The notes under the pieces were generated by a model. The model did not search any database. It saw only the letters and a program-made list of their open reading frames with translations, and was not told where the DNA came from. Of a stretch of 64,000 bases of DNA, positions 22,301-36,097 are shown piece after piece. The translations under genes were made by a program, and so were the position numbers. The stretch comes from Sphyrna mokarran. Its lineage: Eukaryota. The first letter of the stretch is position 1. Each line of letters begins with the position of its first letter. Where the stretch lies: assembly GCA_024679065.1 (NCBI GenBank), contig JAGIQG010000017.1:32178001-32242000 (forward strand). The letters are read 5' to 3'.

Positions 22301-24799
22301 GAAAATCTGATTAGTGTTGAGGACCCAACTTCCATACAGGAGAAATGAATTTGCAAATGAAAAACAAGATCTAGTGAGAGCATTTGAGTGTTGGTGGTAG
22401 GAAGTAGAATACTTGAATGGGAACTTGAAATGTCTAAATGATAAACTTGTAGAAGCAAATTCAACAAAGGTAGATCTTAAGGTAAAACTTATTGAACTTC
22501 AAGCGTCAGAAGTCTCTATTAAGTATCATCAGATGCCTTGACCAGGAAAAGATGTTGGTGACGAACCAGAATAGTTTGTTGAAAGCAGAATTAAAAATCA
22601 AGACTGAACTGTTGGAACTGCATAGTGAAAAGGGGAGTTGAACTCTGATACGATCGGGAGAACGTGGAAGATGAGACATTGATATATGAGAGCAGATCCA
22701 GACATTAAAAGCACATGAGGAAAATTAAAAGAGAAAGATTCAAGAGCTCTTGGGTGAATTGAAAAGTGATCAATAACCATACAAGAAAGATTTTAAAAAT
22801 GCAAAGTTGTTAAGCTTGTATAAAGGTTTTGCTGGTAACTGAAAAACTTAAAAAAAAACTTGAAAAAGAATTGGAAAATAAGAGAAAAAACAAGTATATA
22901 AATAAAATTACAAAAAAAGTGGAAATGATAATTCAATTTTGGTGACACCAATAGGAAGCATATGAATATATTCCGAAGGCTGTGGCACAAATTGTGAATA
23001 AAGTAAAATTGACTTGAGTACAGATAGCAAAACTCCCTTCATGCAAATATATTAATCTGTTGTTGATCAAAATAACGAAAAGAGAAAGCCTGTTATGAAG
23101 GCATTATTGAGGAAGATAATTTTGAAGCTCGTTGTGAGCAGACATACCCAGTTCCCTTGGCAAATTTAAAGAACCTTTTGGAGGCATGTTTCCATTAACA
23201 GAAAGAATGAAGAAAATCCCCTTGCATTCTTCTGTATTAAAGTTGCAATACCTATGCAGAAGTCACTTATTGCATATAGTGTGATAAATATGCATATGTG
23301 AATAGGGGAAGGCAGCTAGGGTACTGGTTTGCGGTCACACCAGCAAAATTGAAATTGAGTTCAAAACAGTTCAAGCTGGCTAAGATGTTTCTGAAGAAAA
23401 TTTTAATTTATCTTCAATACCTTTGGTTGATCGTGAAAAGATTGTAGCCAAAAATCACATAATTATTGGTATTGTATTTAGAGTTTAAAGAAAGTGTGCA
23501 GGATAAAAGGCAAATTCTGAATAAGATAGTTATTTGATGTTTAAATCCTCTTATTCCTACTTATTACTGACCTTTATTTTGGTTAAATTTTCATAACTAT
23601 AATACAGTAAGTATAACTGTAGAACAAAATGAAAAATTTATCTGCACTGAAGCGTTCTTTTTTCCAAGGGGATGTAAGCTCTACTTACTCAGATGAATTC
23701 AGAGGTTGGGAACTCCTAACAGACCTTAAACTTTGTGCATTTGTGTGCCTGGAGTGGGCTATGCATGCACAGTACTACAATTTATAAGTACTTTGAGCTT
23801 AGGGCAGGCCAGCACAATTGAATATAAAGGGGGAAAGTGTGTCTCAGGCAAGGGTCTGAGGAGATCCCAAAGAGAGGTTAAAGGATGGGGAGAGATCCCA
23901 AAACAAAGTCATGGATAAGGGATAGAGACAAAAGGAAGAAACAGACCCCAAGTTAAGGAAAAGGAGAGGATCAGAAAATGGGTCCTGAACAGGAAAGCAC
24001 TGTGGACCAGTAGGTTAAGAGTTTCCCTTTGGAGCATTAATATTCTGCTTGATGTGACAAAAGATCAGATGCTGAGTCTGTAATTTGCTGTTTAAATGCA
24101 TTCTTGGGAATCCAAGGGAGCTGAATCTCAGGAGATGCAATTGAAACTCTGTTAGGTTGGCTGTTGGTGATGCCATCTGTGTCTGGCAATTGAAGCGGTT
24201 TCAAAAGAATCCCTGAAGAACCAAGAAGGCAACTGAAGACTAGTGACACTGTGATATGAGCCACTGGGGCAAAGTTACCCCTTTGGAGTATTTGTGTTCT
24301 GCTTGGTGTGGCTGAAGAGCTGAAATTGTGCTTGTGAGTTGGTGATTGAAGGAGTACTCTGGAATCCAGAGGAACAGAATCTTGTCAGACAAGACTGAAA
24401 ATGATCCACCTTGCAGGATTTCAAAGTCATCTATGTTGGATTGACTGTAGGAAAGAATTCCAAGGAAGATCTTCAAAACTGAAGATTGGAATTCCTTGAG
24501 GCAGACAGTTTCAGTGATATTGGCTGCTACTAATGGTGTTACTGATGTCTGAGTGGAACTGTTGAGTAATTCGTGGAATTTGTTTTAGTCGCGTTTGTCA
24601 TCTATTGTGCAATGTATGTTCATGCGTATTTGGCTTCTTAATTCATGTGTACCTTATATTTGCCTTATCATGGGTGGGGGTGGGTGGTGGTGGGGGGTGA
24701 GCATGTGGTAGCAGCGGCAGCTGGGTGGGGGTGGTCGGTGGTGGTGGTTGGGAAAGGATCATAATTTCAGATGGTTCCCACATCCAGATCATCGTGATA
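19306..24799 (+). mobile_element. Ancient Gypsy-type LTR element: LTR ~19306-20549, gag-pro remnant, LTR 23672-~24799
   Basis: LTR1 ends atcataaca. A purine tract aagggga precedes the tgtaag start of LTR2, and the two LTRs are colinear but strongly diverged. Gag remnant FDITKSL..KFTEYGVEVF..SCLSEERFSDYEVVK..LNAYELV (21058-21300), knuckle FCHKVGQLKVNCWK (~21690), decayed protease INILKNIRADKSLM (~21970). Confidence 0.8.
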
Positions 24800-25090
24800 G
24801 ATTGAAAGTAACTGGGCCCTGCTCCTTGCTGTACCTCACTATTCTCAGCCCGCTAGTCTGTGTTTCTGCTCTTTAGTTAATCCATGTCGTTATATTATTC
24901 CTCATCTCACATGGTCTAAATTTATTAACTAACCTCTTGTGTGTGACTTTATCCAAAGCCCTCTGAAAATCCAAACACACCACATCAGCTGGTTCTCTCT
25001 CATAAATTCTGTTGATTACATCCTCAGAAAGCTGTAACAGGGTTGTCAAAAATTTATCTTCCTTTCAGAAATTAATGTTCACCCTGCCCA
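24800..25090 (-). mobile_element. CR1 RT fragment (right half of the split element)
   Basis: The minus strand encodes EPADVVCLDFQRALDKVTH, homologous to [15 protein letters not shown]. Confidence 0.75.
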
Positions 25091-25849
25091 ATTCCCACCT
25101 TACCCTCCCCCGCAACACACATAGCACATTCATTACTATACTATTGATCTCAGCCTGTTGACATGCAAACTGTTAGTTCATGTCCCACCTACTGGGGAAT
25201 TGGACATAGTTCCCCAGGAATCATGAACTGTCTGTTCACCTGCACTATCGTAATCTCTCTTTGGTGTTACAGCCCATCAATGACATAGTTGAATCTGGAC
25301 TAGGAAAGTCGTACCATCCTGGAATCACAGCTACACTCACACAAATGTCAATCTATTCCCCTATGTGTTAAATCCCCTACCACTGTTGTGTCCTGATGAT
25401 ACTTTCTGATGTAATTATCTTGAGCACACCAAATGTCCTGTAGTTCTCACATGACAAGCCTACCAGCAGTAAAATTAAAAACTTCTCCCTGATTAGGACA
25501 AAAAAAGCTTGTTGTCGGAAGAAAAGGCCTGAAGTCTCAAGGCCTGAATGGTTAAATGATAACTGTTTATTTATTACACATAAATAGGGAGCGTTCACTT
25601 AATATGATGGTTCTGTTTCTGAAAATTGCCATTTTCAGTGAAACCCCTTTATGTGAAGCATGATTTTCCATGGGAATCAATGTCAAAGTCAGACTTAGGT
25701 TCCTGAGGACAAGTTTTGCCTGGAAAATCAATATACAAAATTGAAACACTGTATAATACATGTGTAATGCTGTGCATTTCTATCTGAAGTAACTTGCAAA
25801 TAGAAATCACTGAATATGACAGACATGCTGTATTAATTTAAGTTTGACA

Positions 25850-26110
25850 ACTAGTGTCTCTTAAGCAGTCTCTCTGGCTGGGGGTGAATTGCTTTTGCTC
25901 CAATTATGGGTTCTGGAATCGTTGATACAGTAAGTGCAATGAATAATCTGCAGACCCTATCACGTGGGCAAATGTTTTATTTTGTTTGTACATTCCCAAC
26001 TGAATTCCCATTCTGGTTGGTCACCATAAGTTGCTGGTGATGTTTGACATACTCAGAAATGCTTGAGGGCATGCCTAAAGCATTTCAGCAGAGGTGGCTT
26101 TGAATGATTT
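25850..26110 (-). mobile_element. Possible RTE-type LINE 3' remnant
   Basis: Weak resemblance to recalled shark RTE 3' ends (ttgcttttgctcca..tctgcagaccctatcacgtgggca). The sequence is degenerate. Confidence 0.3.
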
Positions 26111-26329
26111 AGAGCATCAGAATTGTGATTTAGAACCATAACATTGGCCATTTTGGCTCGGGGGAAGACCTTGCTGTTGCCACTTCCTTGCCACTGGATT
26201 TTGAGGATCTTTTGAAAACATTGCTTCGTTTGAATTCAAAGTTGTGTGCAACAGCCAGAACTTGGTGGAGTTAATGGCATAAATGGCCAGGATCCCCAAC
26301 ACACTAGAAAAATGTATCCAAAGTTTGTT

Positions 26330-27875
26330 CGACAGCTTACTGTTAATTTTTCTGGTAGACCTTTAAACAGCTCATGGAATCATTGAATGCTCTGTTCTCT
26401 TCGGCACTGTGCTCTTCGTTCAGATCATTCTCTGTTAAAATTTTCATCCCTTTGTTTATGAGTTAGAAAACTCTTGACAGTTCCTTTGACAAAACTCAAA
26501 CGGGTGGTGTTTCAGTGCTGTCGTCCTCTTCAGCTTGTTGACTCTAGCTCCATTAAGTCCTCAGTAGACAATTATACGGCATAGGATGCAAGCAATTTCA
26601 GCACATCAGCCTCATTCACTTCATCAAAGCTAGCTTCCTTTACCAAAGTCATGATTTCATGTGAAACCTCAGGAAGAATGTCATGAGATTCTTGGCCACC
26701 TACACATTCAGGCCATAGTCTCCGTTACATACCATTCAGATACAATGATGTGACTTCCTCCCAAGAATCAGCAAGGTTGTAGCCATGCCAAAATTCCCTG
26801 GCTGATGATGTGTTCTCACCATCAGTTTCCTTGATGAATTGAGAGAAGGTACAACTGAGACAGTAGACCTTGAGTGATGCTATTGCTCCCTGTTCTATGG
26901 ACTGTATCATTGCAGAACTGTTGGGTAGCAAGAAAATCACCTTCATGTTTTCAGAGATTTCATCAAGGCTAATAAGATGATCTAGGTAATTATCCAGTAG
27001 GAGCAAAATCTGAAGGCAAGATTTTCTGTCGCTCAATATATCCTCCAGGCAGGGATAGCAAATGGAGAGAACCATTCTTGAAAGAATGTCTCCATCATAT
27101 ATGTTTTCTTATTCGTGTGCCAATTGGCACATAGATGCTTTTCGAAGTAACCCCTAAATGTCTCTCACTGATTTACTATGAAGTGCTTTAACGTAAAATC
27201 TATTGCAGTGCTCCCAGCAAGGAGAATAGTTAGTCAGTCTTTGGCAGCTTTGAATCTTGGTGCTGCCTTCTCTTGCAAAATGTATGTTTGCTGATGTATC
27301 ATTTCCAGAAAGATTCTGTTTCATTAACATTGAAAACCTGTTTTGCTGAGTAGCCACCTCCTTCAGTGACTCTGTTCACATAGCAGGGAAATCAACAGCT
27401 GTTTCTGAATCAGCAGTAGCTGCCTTGCTACACTCTCTAATGATGTGTAGACAGGTATGCTTCTTGAAATGGTTGAAATCCTTTTTGGCTGTGAATTCCT
27501 ACCTGCTCATTCTGTAAGGCTTTGTACAGGCTTTTGGCTTTTTCTTGGATCCCAAAAACTGAGCACCTGTCACTGATTTTGGCCTTATAATCCAAACAGC
27601 CAAGAGTCTTTCCATGCTTGTCATGATGTTGCTTCTATACTGACTCAGCCTGCCAGCACTTAAAGGTGTAAGACTTTGTCAGTGTTACCATGGATTGTTC
27701 CCATTATTGTATGTGATAGCCAAGCTTACTCGCAATATTAGCTGTGCATTCTCCTGCCTCAAGCCTTTTCCAAACATCTAATTTCAAGCTAGGGTGATGG
27801 TTTTTCCTTATTTCTTGCAGCAACAGACTCACTGCTACCTGTTGCAGGGCAGCTCTGGCTAATGGTCAGATGGGA
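26330..27875 (-). mobile_element. Degraded Tigger/pogo transposase (CENP-B HTH + DDE)
   Basis: ORF 26725-27075(-) ILLLLDNYLDHL..VIFLLPNSSAMIQSIEQGAIASLK (=LLDNAPGHP..FLPPNTTSLIQPMDQG). QVFNVNET is at ~27320 and an N-terminal RKTITL..KLDV at ~27800. Confidence 0.88.
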
Positions 27876-28479
27876 TACAAGTCTCAAATACTGTACAATA
27901 AATGAGTTTAAGATTGGTGCCTTGCCTTGCAGGTTTCTTTATTGCAGAAACCGTTTTGAAATACCAAATTTACACCAGGTTCCTCCAAAGTGCTGTACAG
28001 TACAATGCATACTGTACCAGCAGCAAAGGAACTTGGAAAACAAAGTTTATGGCGCAGTGTCTGTGCTGTAAGATACAGTACAATGGAGCATTCTTCCAAA
28101 ACTGTGAGGGTACATTAAAAAGTTTAAAATTAAAATTTAGTTCAGTGCAATGGGTTACCTGAAAATACAGCAAAATAATGCTCCTCAAATGAAGAGAAAG
28201 GATAAAATGGCAATTTTCACAAGCTATTGTGATCCACACATGTTTTCTGTAGCTGGCTATGCAAGCACCCCAATGTGATGATGTCATCACGTTGGATGTG
28301 ATGATATAACGGCACTGTTCATAACCATTAAAACAGGGATTACTCCACTTTAAGTGGAACTTTGGCACAAAAGAATAAAGCACTTAAAGGAAAACCACTT
28401 TAAAAAGGGATGCTTAATAGTAATATTACTCCAGTCTCATATTTACTTTTAAAGTCCCAAACATCCTGATACTATACTA

Positions 28480-29900
28480 CATCCTCAAGTCTTTACCCAA
28501 ATTTGTTTACAACAATATTAGCATGCAATCTCTACCAAGTCCCACCCCAAGTCCCTGACTTTAAGTAATCACTCTGGAGGCTTTACAGCTGTTCCAAATC
28601 TTGTTTCTTTTTTTCAAGATTTGAGTAGTTCCAACCTCTTTAAACTGACTTTGTTAGCCTGGAGTTGAAATAGTAATACTTACTGTTGCAGTTATTTGAG
28701 TTTGACATCTAGTGCACTCAAATGTATGGTAACAGATTTACCACAAGGCATGAGGAGATGACTTCTGAGGTATCAATAAAGTAAGACTGTCATTGATTTT
28801 TCATCCATCAGGACAATGACATCTTCTTTGTCAAGATCCCTGTTTCGTATCTAACCATCGCTGTTCAGCCTAGAAAGTTTTCTAGTACAGTTCCTTCTAT
28901 TGCAAATGGAAGCTTGTCACCGTTGATGGGACTGTTCTTGATCCTGAACTTAATGCCTGTCTGCCAATCCTAGGATTAGTTTCTTCAATAGCTTGGGCAA
29001 TTGAATGCAAATTTTTCTGTCCATCAGCAGCTTCAATGGGGCTAATCCACATTGTAGTAGGGTATATCAAAAGCACTGTTAGAAAGTTGTCACTTTTCTT
29101 CAAGAGTGTTTAATAATGTGGATGCCCCTTTTTATCTTATTGTATCATTGCAGAGTCCTTTGGGAACTTGAGTGGTGTTGAAATCTGTAATTCCTGGCAA
29201 AATAGTTTTTAAATATTCAGTAGCGAATTGCAACCTGCAATGATCCTTCTTTCTCTTTCTGCTTTTGTCAGAGTTTGTTGGGCTTCTGTCACAATTACAG
29301 AACCATTTTAAACTTGTATATTCTTGCAGAACATCTTTTGAATAAATTGTTTTGGTTTCCTAAGCTTTAGGAATCGAATTGAAGCCAATCTTTTGCTGTG
29401 ACTTCTCTCTAATTTTTTTTCTCTGTTAGCACATAATCGCCATGTGTTACAACACCAACTCTGGATCCAGAGTTCTTCAAGCACCCTCAATGAAACAATT
29501 GATCTGCTAATTATTGTACTGAATTTAAAAGCTTAATTCAGCCTTTCTTATTGTCTGGCTAGATTGTTTGATTGTGCTTTTGTTGAGTTTTACAACACTC
29601 TTCCATGTGCTCTGGTGGAGTCCTCTTGCACTGCATAGTGGACCTTTCTTCTGCCTTTAGCCTCCATGCCTGTAATGGAGCTTCTTAGCTGATCTCTAGG
29701 TCTTTAAATTGGGTGCTCATATTGCAAATCAGTCTGCACTTTTTTTATTACTTCATTTTTGGGAATTTTGGTATCTTTCACCAGTTGCCACCATATTGAA
29801 AGCTTGTTTATTGTCTCATGAAGAGATCTAAAGGTTTGTATGGTTGAGTAGTAGCTGTTTATTGATAATACATAGCTGCATACAAATATAATAGAATCCA
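28480..29900 (-). mobile_element. Old Gypsy pol (integrase) fragment
   Basis: Minus-strand VLLIYPTT (ALLTYRTTP-like) and C-terminal TRFGTAVKPPE (TRSGRVVKPP-like), followed by a purine tract. Confidence 0.55.
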
Positions 29901-31169
29901 GGCTGATTGAATGCTTTTCTTATGCTATTCTAATGCAGTCTTACTACTGTACTACTCCCATGTGACTCTCTACATCATAATATGTGTAGTATTATTAAGT
30001 TTACAGATTAAACTTTGCAAGCCTAAGCATTCTACACTCACCAGTTTGCAGTTTTATTTCTAATTAGTAATCAACTGAAATATTCCCAGTGATAACAACT
30101 GAAATCTGAGCTTGGGTCTTCGGGGTATCAACTGCTCTTTTGTTATCTCAGCCTGATGACTGTTGTTGTATTAAGAACCTCGACTATGTGTGGTGGACAT
30201 CTAATCAACTGTATGACATTAAGATGCATCTGGCTTCATTTTTCCATGATATTTGCACATGCAGATATTCTAGTGTGTTGAGACCATAAACAGAATTTCT
30301 GACTGCCTTGTTTATGCAGACTATATACTATTGATGGAGAATGAATTGCTGTGAATCATACAGCAAATATTTTTATATAATACCAAGGTACTTGTGTGAA
30401 TAAAAGAACATGAAATCATATTGAATATGGTAAAAACAGAGAAATTAATATTAAGCCAACAGAGAAAATGACCAGTATGAAGAGTACAAAATTCTATAAT
30501 AATCCCAGTTGAAATATGAAAGTACATTCACATGGACATGAAGCAAGTTAGCATACGTGATGGGACCAAATAGGATATGAATACAAAATGTGCATTCAGA
30601 TCAGGAAAGAAATTTGATGTTAATCTCTGTGCTACAGATTTTTTGTGTTGTTAGATGAGGAAGACAATGATTTTGTTTCAGGGATGCTATGATGTTAATG
30701 TTGAGAAAATTGAGACACAAAGCACATTCATTATTGCCTGAAGCATGCTGAAAGATAGAAATGAAAAGGGAATTATTTTCTTCTTCTTTTGAAATTGTAT
30801 GACAACCAAAACAAAGTAGCATGATAATAAAGAGGTTTGATGGCACTGGCCAGATAGAGAATCTGAGAATATTTCAGTGCCACATTGAAAAAGTGTCTTG
30901 CTGATAATCATTTGAAAGGAACCTAATATTTAATATGTGTTGCAGATAATCAGTTCTCTACCTTTACTAACTACCTAATATCTAGTATGTTGGTCACTGA
31001 TGTAGTGCAATAGCCTTAACTAATCAGAAAATTGTAGTTGTGATTAATGGTCAACTGGTTTTCCATTGAAGGGCAAAGTTACAATTAAAATCCAAAGTTG
31101 TTTTACACAATTATAAATGTAACTTCTGTTCCATATCAAATAGAAAACACTTCTCTGAATTCTCCCCCA

Positions 31170-32030
31170 CATCCACAAAGATAAATGAGGAAGAATCATT
31201 TGCCCATCTTGCCCATACTTTTATAGAAACATATGGATTCCCCAGCAGAGTGACTAATAATTGCAAAATTTCAGTTTATTTCTCATTATTACCTCTATAA
31301 GACTGTTCAGTTTCATGCATGTTTGATCAGCTTATTCTTACCAGAACTATCATGGTTTACTTTGACAAAGTGTTCCAGATAGATTATTATTTTTATTTTG
31401 TGAAGTATCTTGGGGTTTTTGTTCATAAAGATGTCATATACTTCTGAGATGGTTATTATTTATCATTTAGCTCTCTTCCCTTTAGGCTTCAGTTGAATGT
31501 TTTGTATTTTTCAGCCTTAATGCTTTTTTCAGAAACTAATCATCTGCCACATTATTTTCCACTGCATCTTTGTATGCTGCTTGTTTCTTTCGTGCCCTGG
31601 TGAACAAAATTGAACTTGGAATTCAGTGCTTGAATACAGGACTGATTCAAGCACTTTACAGATTCAACATGATAGTCTTAGACTGGGGAATAAAGCTGAG
31701 TGGTGGACTGGACATAGTAAGTGTTGAATCTACTGGCAATCAGAGATCATATGCTTCTCCACTAGCTGATTCAGCATTATCCATATTGAATTTCATCAAC
31801 CACAGTTATTATTGTAAATTTTGTCCATGACTCACTACTTTCCCACTTCAGTGTCGTGCTGCATAAGTTCCATACTGAAATTCCTCTGATTTCCCATTTT
31901 TGAGGAAATTTAGTGATATGGTAATCCTTATTTCTATTTTCTGTAGGAAAAAGCTTCCATTCTATTTTATGGTCATCTGTTCTTTTCACTAATACAGCCA
32001 AATTAACCAACACTTCGATTACTCGCTTTA
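31170..32030 (-). mobile_element. Highly degraded CR1 remnants
   Basis: The minus strand encodes CKVLESVLYSSTEFQVQF-like (LYKxLVRPxLEYCVQF) sequence at ~31600-31660. Otherwise faint. Confidence 0.4.
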
Positions 32031-34543
32031 TTTATTTTCCTGAAATGAAAGAGAGGGTTCAAGATAAATCTAGAAATGGTTATATTTCACTGATAAAAGC
32101 CAGATGATTAAAACAGAAATTAGCTCTTAATCTGTAAACTATTCCATAAATGTATAGTAGGCTTAAAACAGCAGTATTATAGGCACATGAAATTGCAATG
32201 GGATTTACCAGTAATTTTAAGACTTCTTGTTATATTGAAATATGTTTTCCCATGTTTTGGTCTGATAATGATTATCTGAATTGGGTACAAAATGAGAATT
32301 TAAAAGCCCCTTGTAGCCACAAACTAATTTCACGACTTGTGTTGTGAAGTTTGTTGAAATCCACCAGGTAACAGGGTTGAGACAAAGTCTCGATGCACAT
32401 TATGCAAATGTTTAAACATTGTGAATGGTCCATGAAGGTGACAGAGTTCTATTTAAAATTAGGCTGGCAATTCTGACTTTCCATCCAGCCTTGGCAACAA
32501 AGGAGCAAATGAAGCACAGTTCTCAGAGTATTCTTGAATCAAACAAACTAAGATGATGCAGGTAGATTTTGGTTAGCACTTAACTCATAAAGACGTAAGG
32601 AGGATGGAAATTGCATATGAACGTTTTCTTCTTAATATGAGTATGGTCTGTTGCAATCCTGAAATCTTGTTAATTTCAGGAAGGTAGATGATATGATACA
32701 TCAACGTATCATATTGTTACTAACTTTTTAGATCAATGTTTATTACATTTCTTTAATATTTTATAACTGTAGTGGGGCTGGATATTCATATCAAAACCAT
32801 GTGAGGAATAAGAGGGATTCCAATATATTAAAAAGAGTTGACATACCAAGATATTCTATTCATTGTCCTGCAAATGTTAACAAAAGTTCTGTCAAGATGC
32901 TAGGACCAGTGAAGACTATAATTGCACATGATGACCAGTGAGCTTGTTAGATTTATTTCGAACTACTGAGAGTTAAAATAGTTTGTTTTCATGTATTTGA
33001 ATGAGAAGCAATAATACATGTCAATATTCAGATAATCAGTTAAAATAGTTTGAATAGCCATGTATTGTGCTTCATCCAAACATGAGTGGTTTTGCATTTC
33101 AATGGGCATGTTTACTTCTGGAGGAAGGCCACAACCATTAAGTGGCTTGAGTTGAAATCTCTACTCCTCAGCAACAGGAACTTCTCCCTCAGAGAGCTGC
33201 TAATCAAAAAGGTTATGAGCTTTCCAGTACATGCAGCATTTGCAAGATTTATTTGTGGTTCATAATTCCATTTATTGGAAATAATTATCTCCAGTTACTT
33301 CAACTTGTGAAATCTCTGGTCTATGCTCTGTACCCTGTCAGTTTGAAAATAATGGTATTATACTGTGGCAAATCCAATAAGCAGATTACTGCAAGTAAAG
33401 ATAATTCTTAATCTCTGGTCATGGGGCTCAGCAAAGGGAATTATCAATAAAATACATCTTCTGGATCGTAGGGGAAATGCTTTGGCTTATGGGAACTTTT
33501 GTGAATTGTGAAAGAAAACTGTTCAATAAATGCATTGCAAATCTAATCTATTGAATGGGGTGGGATATTTCACTCTGACACGGCACATCCTGCGTGGCAG
33601 GTGTGTTGAGTCAGGCAAACATCCAGTAATTGGGGTGCGACTGGAACATCCTACCAAAGAACCTATGTGAATGGATTGTGATGAGTCTTGAAAGGGGAAT
33701 TATGGAAAATGACAGTGGGGAGAATGAGATTTTGGAGTAGTACTGAAGAAATGGCTGCCACACATGTGGCTTTCGTCTGTTAACTGGTGATAAGCTTTTA
33801 CTGTTTCAATGAATTATTGGTATTGCAAAGTAAATTTTAATTATGTTAGACAACCAGAAAACTTTTTAAGTGAAATGTCATGTGACTGAATTACTCAGAA
33901 ATGCTGCAATTATGATTATTGTAAACATACTCAAATGCATTATTTGAATTATAAAAATAGCAACTTTTACACACTTAAAATAAAAAACGTACTTGCAAAA
34001 TTTCAAAAATTGAAATTTAACCATTAGCTGATATTAGAGGCTGCAAAGTCTCCAATTACAAAAATATGCTGCAACAAAATTACCAATTTCTTTATTTTTG
34101 AAAAAGGTTGTGCTGCAATAGCTATTTTATCCAAGACATCAATCTTATTTGGCTGCCAGAATCACACAAGTAGTAAACTCTTCATTTTACCAGGAGCTTT
34201 CAATATGTTTGTTCCTGTTATTCATGGCATCAAGAACACTCGCACACTTTACTTAAGGAAAGTATCTTGAGGTTTGAATTTTGGAGCATTGTTTGTCTAT
34301 ATTGTAGAGAAATTAAGCCAAATGCTTTACAACGTATGACCATTTCATCAACGTGTTCTAACTAATCCATACACTCATAATTAGAGGAAAAGTAAAGTAC
34401 TTGGGTATTTTTTAAATCAATTTTTTTAATAAGATTCTGACTATCATTGTTGAATGTGTCACTATAAATAACCAATAGAACACATTCAGTGGTATTTTAA
34501 TCAATTTGATTTACTGTCAAGAATACACATTAAGGCTGCAGCA

Positions 34544-34857
34544 CTGACTCTTTAAGAACTGGCCCTTAAGTGCAACAATGGTAGGAATTCGCTAAAATAA
34601 GGTATACCTATAAATTAGTAATTATTATTATAAATTAGCAATTAAGACTGCAGATACAGTAACATAAGTTCAGTGTAGTTTCTGTAGAGTGCAAACCTGT
34701 GTGAGGTAAACTATGGTTCTAGCAATATTCACTGAAAAAAAAAACTCTTCATACCTGATTGAACTTGTGCAGAAGCCATTACTAATTTATAGGTATACCT
34801 TATTTTAGCGAATTCCTACCATTGTTGCACTTAAGGGCCAGATTCTTAAAGAGTCAG
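34544..34857. repeat. Inverted repeat, ~80-bp arms (34544-34622 / 34778-34857), 155-bp spacer
   Basis: ctgactctttaagaactggcccttaagtgcaacaatggtaggaattcgctaaaataaggtatacctataaattagtaat matches the reverse complement of arm 2 with a single 1-nt indel. Confidence 0.95.
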
Positions 34858-35784
34858 AGCTACAATTATTTTCCAACCAATATATCCCTGAACCCACTGT
34901 GCAGTGACATGAAAATGACAGCATAACTGTATCAACTATTGGTTTATTGAATTAGAAAGGAAAAAGCTGTTTCGATAAATTTTCCGGTTCTGTCTACCAT
35001 GGGAATTGTTGTGGGTGGGATGGAAAATTTCACGCATCATTTAAAGGTCCTTTAACCTTGAATGGAATTTCCAGTCTCGGGTTGGATGTGACTGGAAAAT
35101 CCTGCTGTTTGCAACTAATAAAATTAATTTATAAAAATCTTTCTTGTATCTGAATTTCATTGAAATTACATGTCTATTTAGGCATTTATATACTGTTGCC
35201 AAGTGAAAGAGAAAGTGTGGGATGTTATGTAGGTATTCTATTTATCAAATACAACTTCATTTTCTAAATTAGAACTCCATCTCATAAAGTTGAATTATTT
35301 TAAAATATTGTTTTTCTCCAAGTCTCCTCCCTGTTCTAAATATAATCTGCGGTCATGTAGGACAGTAATCTTGTGGGGCAATGGCACATTAATTCTTGAA
35401 TATCAGAAATAAGTTCATTGCCAACAGAAAATGTGTTTTTCGTAGACATATTAAATCTTCTTGGTTTTCCTGGTCTCCTTCCTTATTCTTTCCAAGACAA
35501 AGGAGGTTTGGTTTATGATCCACGAAAATGAGCACAGTGAATGCAATGTATAATTAATCTGCATTCATTTAGTGCATTGTGCGAGGGTGGCTGTTGTTCT
35601 GAAGCATTGTGGTGCCTAAGCAGCACTAATTGTGTTGTTGACGGACTGGAGGTTTGAGCAGAGAGTCAGTATTGTGAGTGGCTGACACCAGTTAAAACTT
35701 GCTTACATTTCAAAAAGAGAAGATGAAATGTAGCTGGAACAGGTGCTGTGGCCACATAGGAAGTCAGATCTGTGAAATACTGAA

Positions 35785-36010
35785 GAATGACATAGCAAGG
35801 AAGTGTGCAGGCTTCAAAGTTTGTGGAATGGAAATGTTGTTTGAGGAGTAGTAAAGGTAAGAGATGTCCTGGATCAACGGGGAGCTGGGACACCCTCCAG
35901 ACACTACAATACAGTGGCAGCAGATTCCTTTAGAGGTCAATACCAAGTGTCAAACTTTATGGAAGTGGATACAGTGCCTCAAAAAATTCATTTGACCTCA
36001 CAAATTGTCA
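35785..36010 (+). mobile_element. Harbinger accessory gene remnant (Myb/SANT trihelix, NAIF1-like)
   Basis: QWQQIPLEVNTKCQTLWKWIQCLKKF (35912-35989) fits W..IA..VNA....RTW.QCRKKF, and is preceded by MEMLFEE..RDVL. Confidence 0.75.
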
Positions 36011-36097
36011 CGTTCAGTGACAATCTTACATGTTTGCCATCACAGTCAATCAGCCTGGTGAGTCAGGGAGATAATATGGGAGGTCAGAAATCCGATT

